Assembly: GCA_043228905.1 (NCBI GenBank)
Contig: JBHGNT010000015.1
Coordinates: 3,906,001-3,970,000, forward strand
Direction of reading: 5' to 3'
From: Azolla caroliniana
Taxonomy: Eukaryota; Plantae; Polypodiophyta
Length of the DNA: 64,000 bases
The notes under the pieces are model-generated. The model was not told the origin of the DNA. It made no database searches and saw only the letters and a program-made list of their open reading frames with translations. Of the stretch, positions 62,540 through 64,000 are shown piece by piece. Numbering within the stretch: position 1 is the first letter of the stretch; each line of letters opens with the position of its first letter. A program made the position numbers and the translations under genes.

Positions 62540-63058
62540 AATGGAAATCTAGACGAATGGACGAATATATTTGAAAGAAGGTTTGTCGCATTGGAACAAG
62601 AAAATCAACGTTTGTTGGGGGATCTTCAACAAATCTCTTTAAAAAAGCAGCAAACGCAACAACAACATGGATAGTTGCAACAACAACATGAGGAGCTAGC
62701 ATTATGCGTGCAACAACTTGAAGCAACCATTGTAGCATTGCAACAACAAGGACCAAGTACTCAAGGGATTCATAAAGAGCCCAAGATTGGCCATCCTATG
62801 AAATTTGATAGAACACGATCACAGTTCAGAGGATTCCTTAATCGGGTACGATCAGTCATTCAAATGCATCATTCCTGATATCCCACCAATGCATTGCGAG
62901 TGGGTCTAGTAGGCACGTTGCTAAGCAGCTCAACTTTGACATGGTTCGCGTCGTTGTTAGAAAAAATATCTCCATTACTAAAAAAATTTGAGGAGTTTCT
63001 AAGCGAGTTTAAAGCATGTTTTGGAGATACTAATAGCATAAGGACGACAATCAACAAT
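62540..63058 (+). mobile_element. Tf1/Tcn1/sushi-like Gypsy gag fragment
   Basis: KEPKIGHPMKFDRTRSQFRGFL..VGTLLSSSTLTWFASLLE..FKACFGD. Confidence 0.8.
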
Positions 63059-63173
63059 TTTCCGTGTACTCACCTCGCCCTGTGGAGTGTCACGCTCCTT
63101 ATGAGAAGCCGGCACGAATGTAGTCTTCATCAAGTTGTCTGACTGAGATCAATGGTCTTGAGAGCTCAGGTAT

Positions 63174-64000
63174 TGTCATGATATAGCATGGTATGGTTTC
63201 AAAAGGATTTGAACACATGACCTTGTGTTAGTAGGGTTGAAGCCCTACCATTAAGCTATATAAAGAATACATTATTAAGCTATAATACATTATAATATAA
63301 AGAATATTGTTTTCATTTATTATTTCACTTAGGAAATCCATGTATATTCTAGATTTCTCTGGAACATTCTAGAAATGTCAAGAGTACGCCTAAGCCCACT
63401 ATAAAAAGAGGCACGTGGAATTATTGAGAACCAATTCGATTCAACGCCAGTCTTAAGCTTCCTAGTTGTTCTTGTATCTTTCTTCATATAATATAATATA
63501 CTTCTTGTTGTCATCATTATCTATCTCTACTCTCTCTCTCTTTCCTCCTCTCTTGTGATTCTCACACCCTCTTTCACTTATTAGTACTAATCCTCATTCT
63601 TCTCCTCTATCTTTAGTACTAATTCTCCTTACCTCTAGTACTATCTCTAACAGTTTGAACCGAATTGTCTTCAGCTTCGTATCCCTCCTTCCCTTCATAC
63701 TAATCTTCTTATCCTTCCTTCCTCCAATACTATGGCAACTGTTAGCACTCAAGAATATCAACCTGTTTTCTTGGAGCATCAATGCTTGAAAGAAAGGTTT
63801 GTCGCATTAGAACAAGAAAATCAACGACTATTGGGGGATCTTCAACACGCAAATTTCTACCGCAAGTTTATACATGACTACTCAAAGCTTATTTTGTCTC
63901 TCACACAGCTTACCAAGAAGGGATAGTCGTTCATTTGGTCTAAGGAAGTGGACACAACTTTTGTGAGTGTTATAAAAGCATTTATCTCAGCTCCTATTCT
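63174..64000 (+). mobile_element. Tf1/Tcn1-like Gypsy: 5' LTR (63174-63652), self-priming PBS, gag start fused to the RT-RNase H connection; continues beyond the window
   Basis: TGTCATGA...CTAACA; PBS TTGAACCGAATTG; ORF 63732 matches gag at 62570, then ANFYRKFIHDYSKLI..LTQLTKK. Confidence 0.8.
63194..63258 (-). other. tRNA-shaped A-box/B-box cassette within LTR U3
   Basis: Minus strand: TAGCTTAATGG (matches A-box TRGCNNARYGG), GTTCAAATCC (B-box), tRNA spacing, foldable D arm, terminal CCA. Confidence 0.7.

Noticed and set aside
63194-63258. Functional tRNA gene (also 12722-12787 and 8504-8568)
   Set aside because: No acceptor or anticodon stem pairing, short 3' arm, encoded CCA; reported as tRNA-derived cassettes only

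Overview
Eukaryotic, repeat-rich land-plant DNA. A non-seed plant such as a fern is inferred from TE-filled introns, Tf1/Tcn1-like Gypsy and RTE-like LINEs; this is not proven. The single host gene is an intact 25-exon Dicer-like gene on the + strand (CDS 6796-41213, 5052 nt spliced, about 1683 aa, DCL4-type with two dsRBDs). Its 74-nt first coding exon is followed by an 18.9-kb intron holding two inverted copies of a Copia family with non-canonical TG..TA LTR ends, a very young Copia nested in one of them, a solo LTR and RTE-like LINE remnants. Upstream are hAT-type and foldback MITEs; downstream (42-64 kb) is a nest of decayed Copia, Gypsy and LINE elements. Most notable: (1) LTRs of a self-priming Tf1/Tcn1-like Gypsy family carry an antisense tRNA-shaped A-box/B-box cassette ending in CCA; (2) one Copia is flanked by a 238-bp direct duplication instead of a 5-bp TSD; (3) inverted TE pairs could form kilobase dsRNA inside the Dicer's own pre-mRNA. 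All alignments and counts were done by eye.
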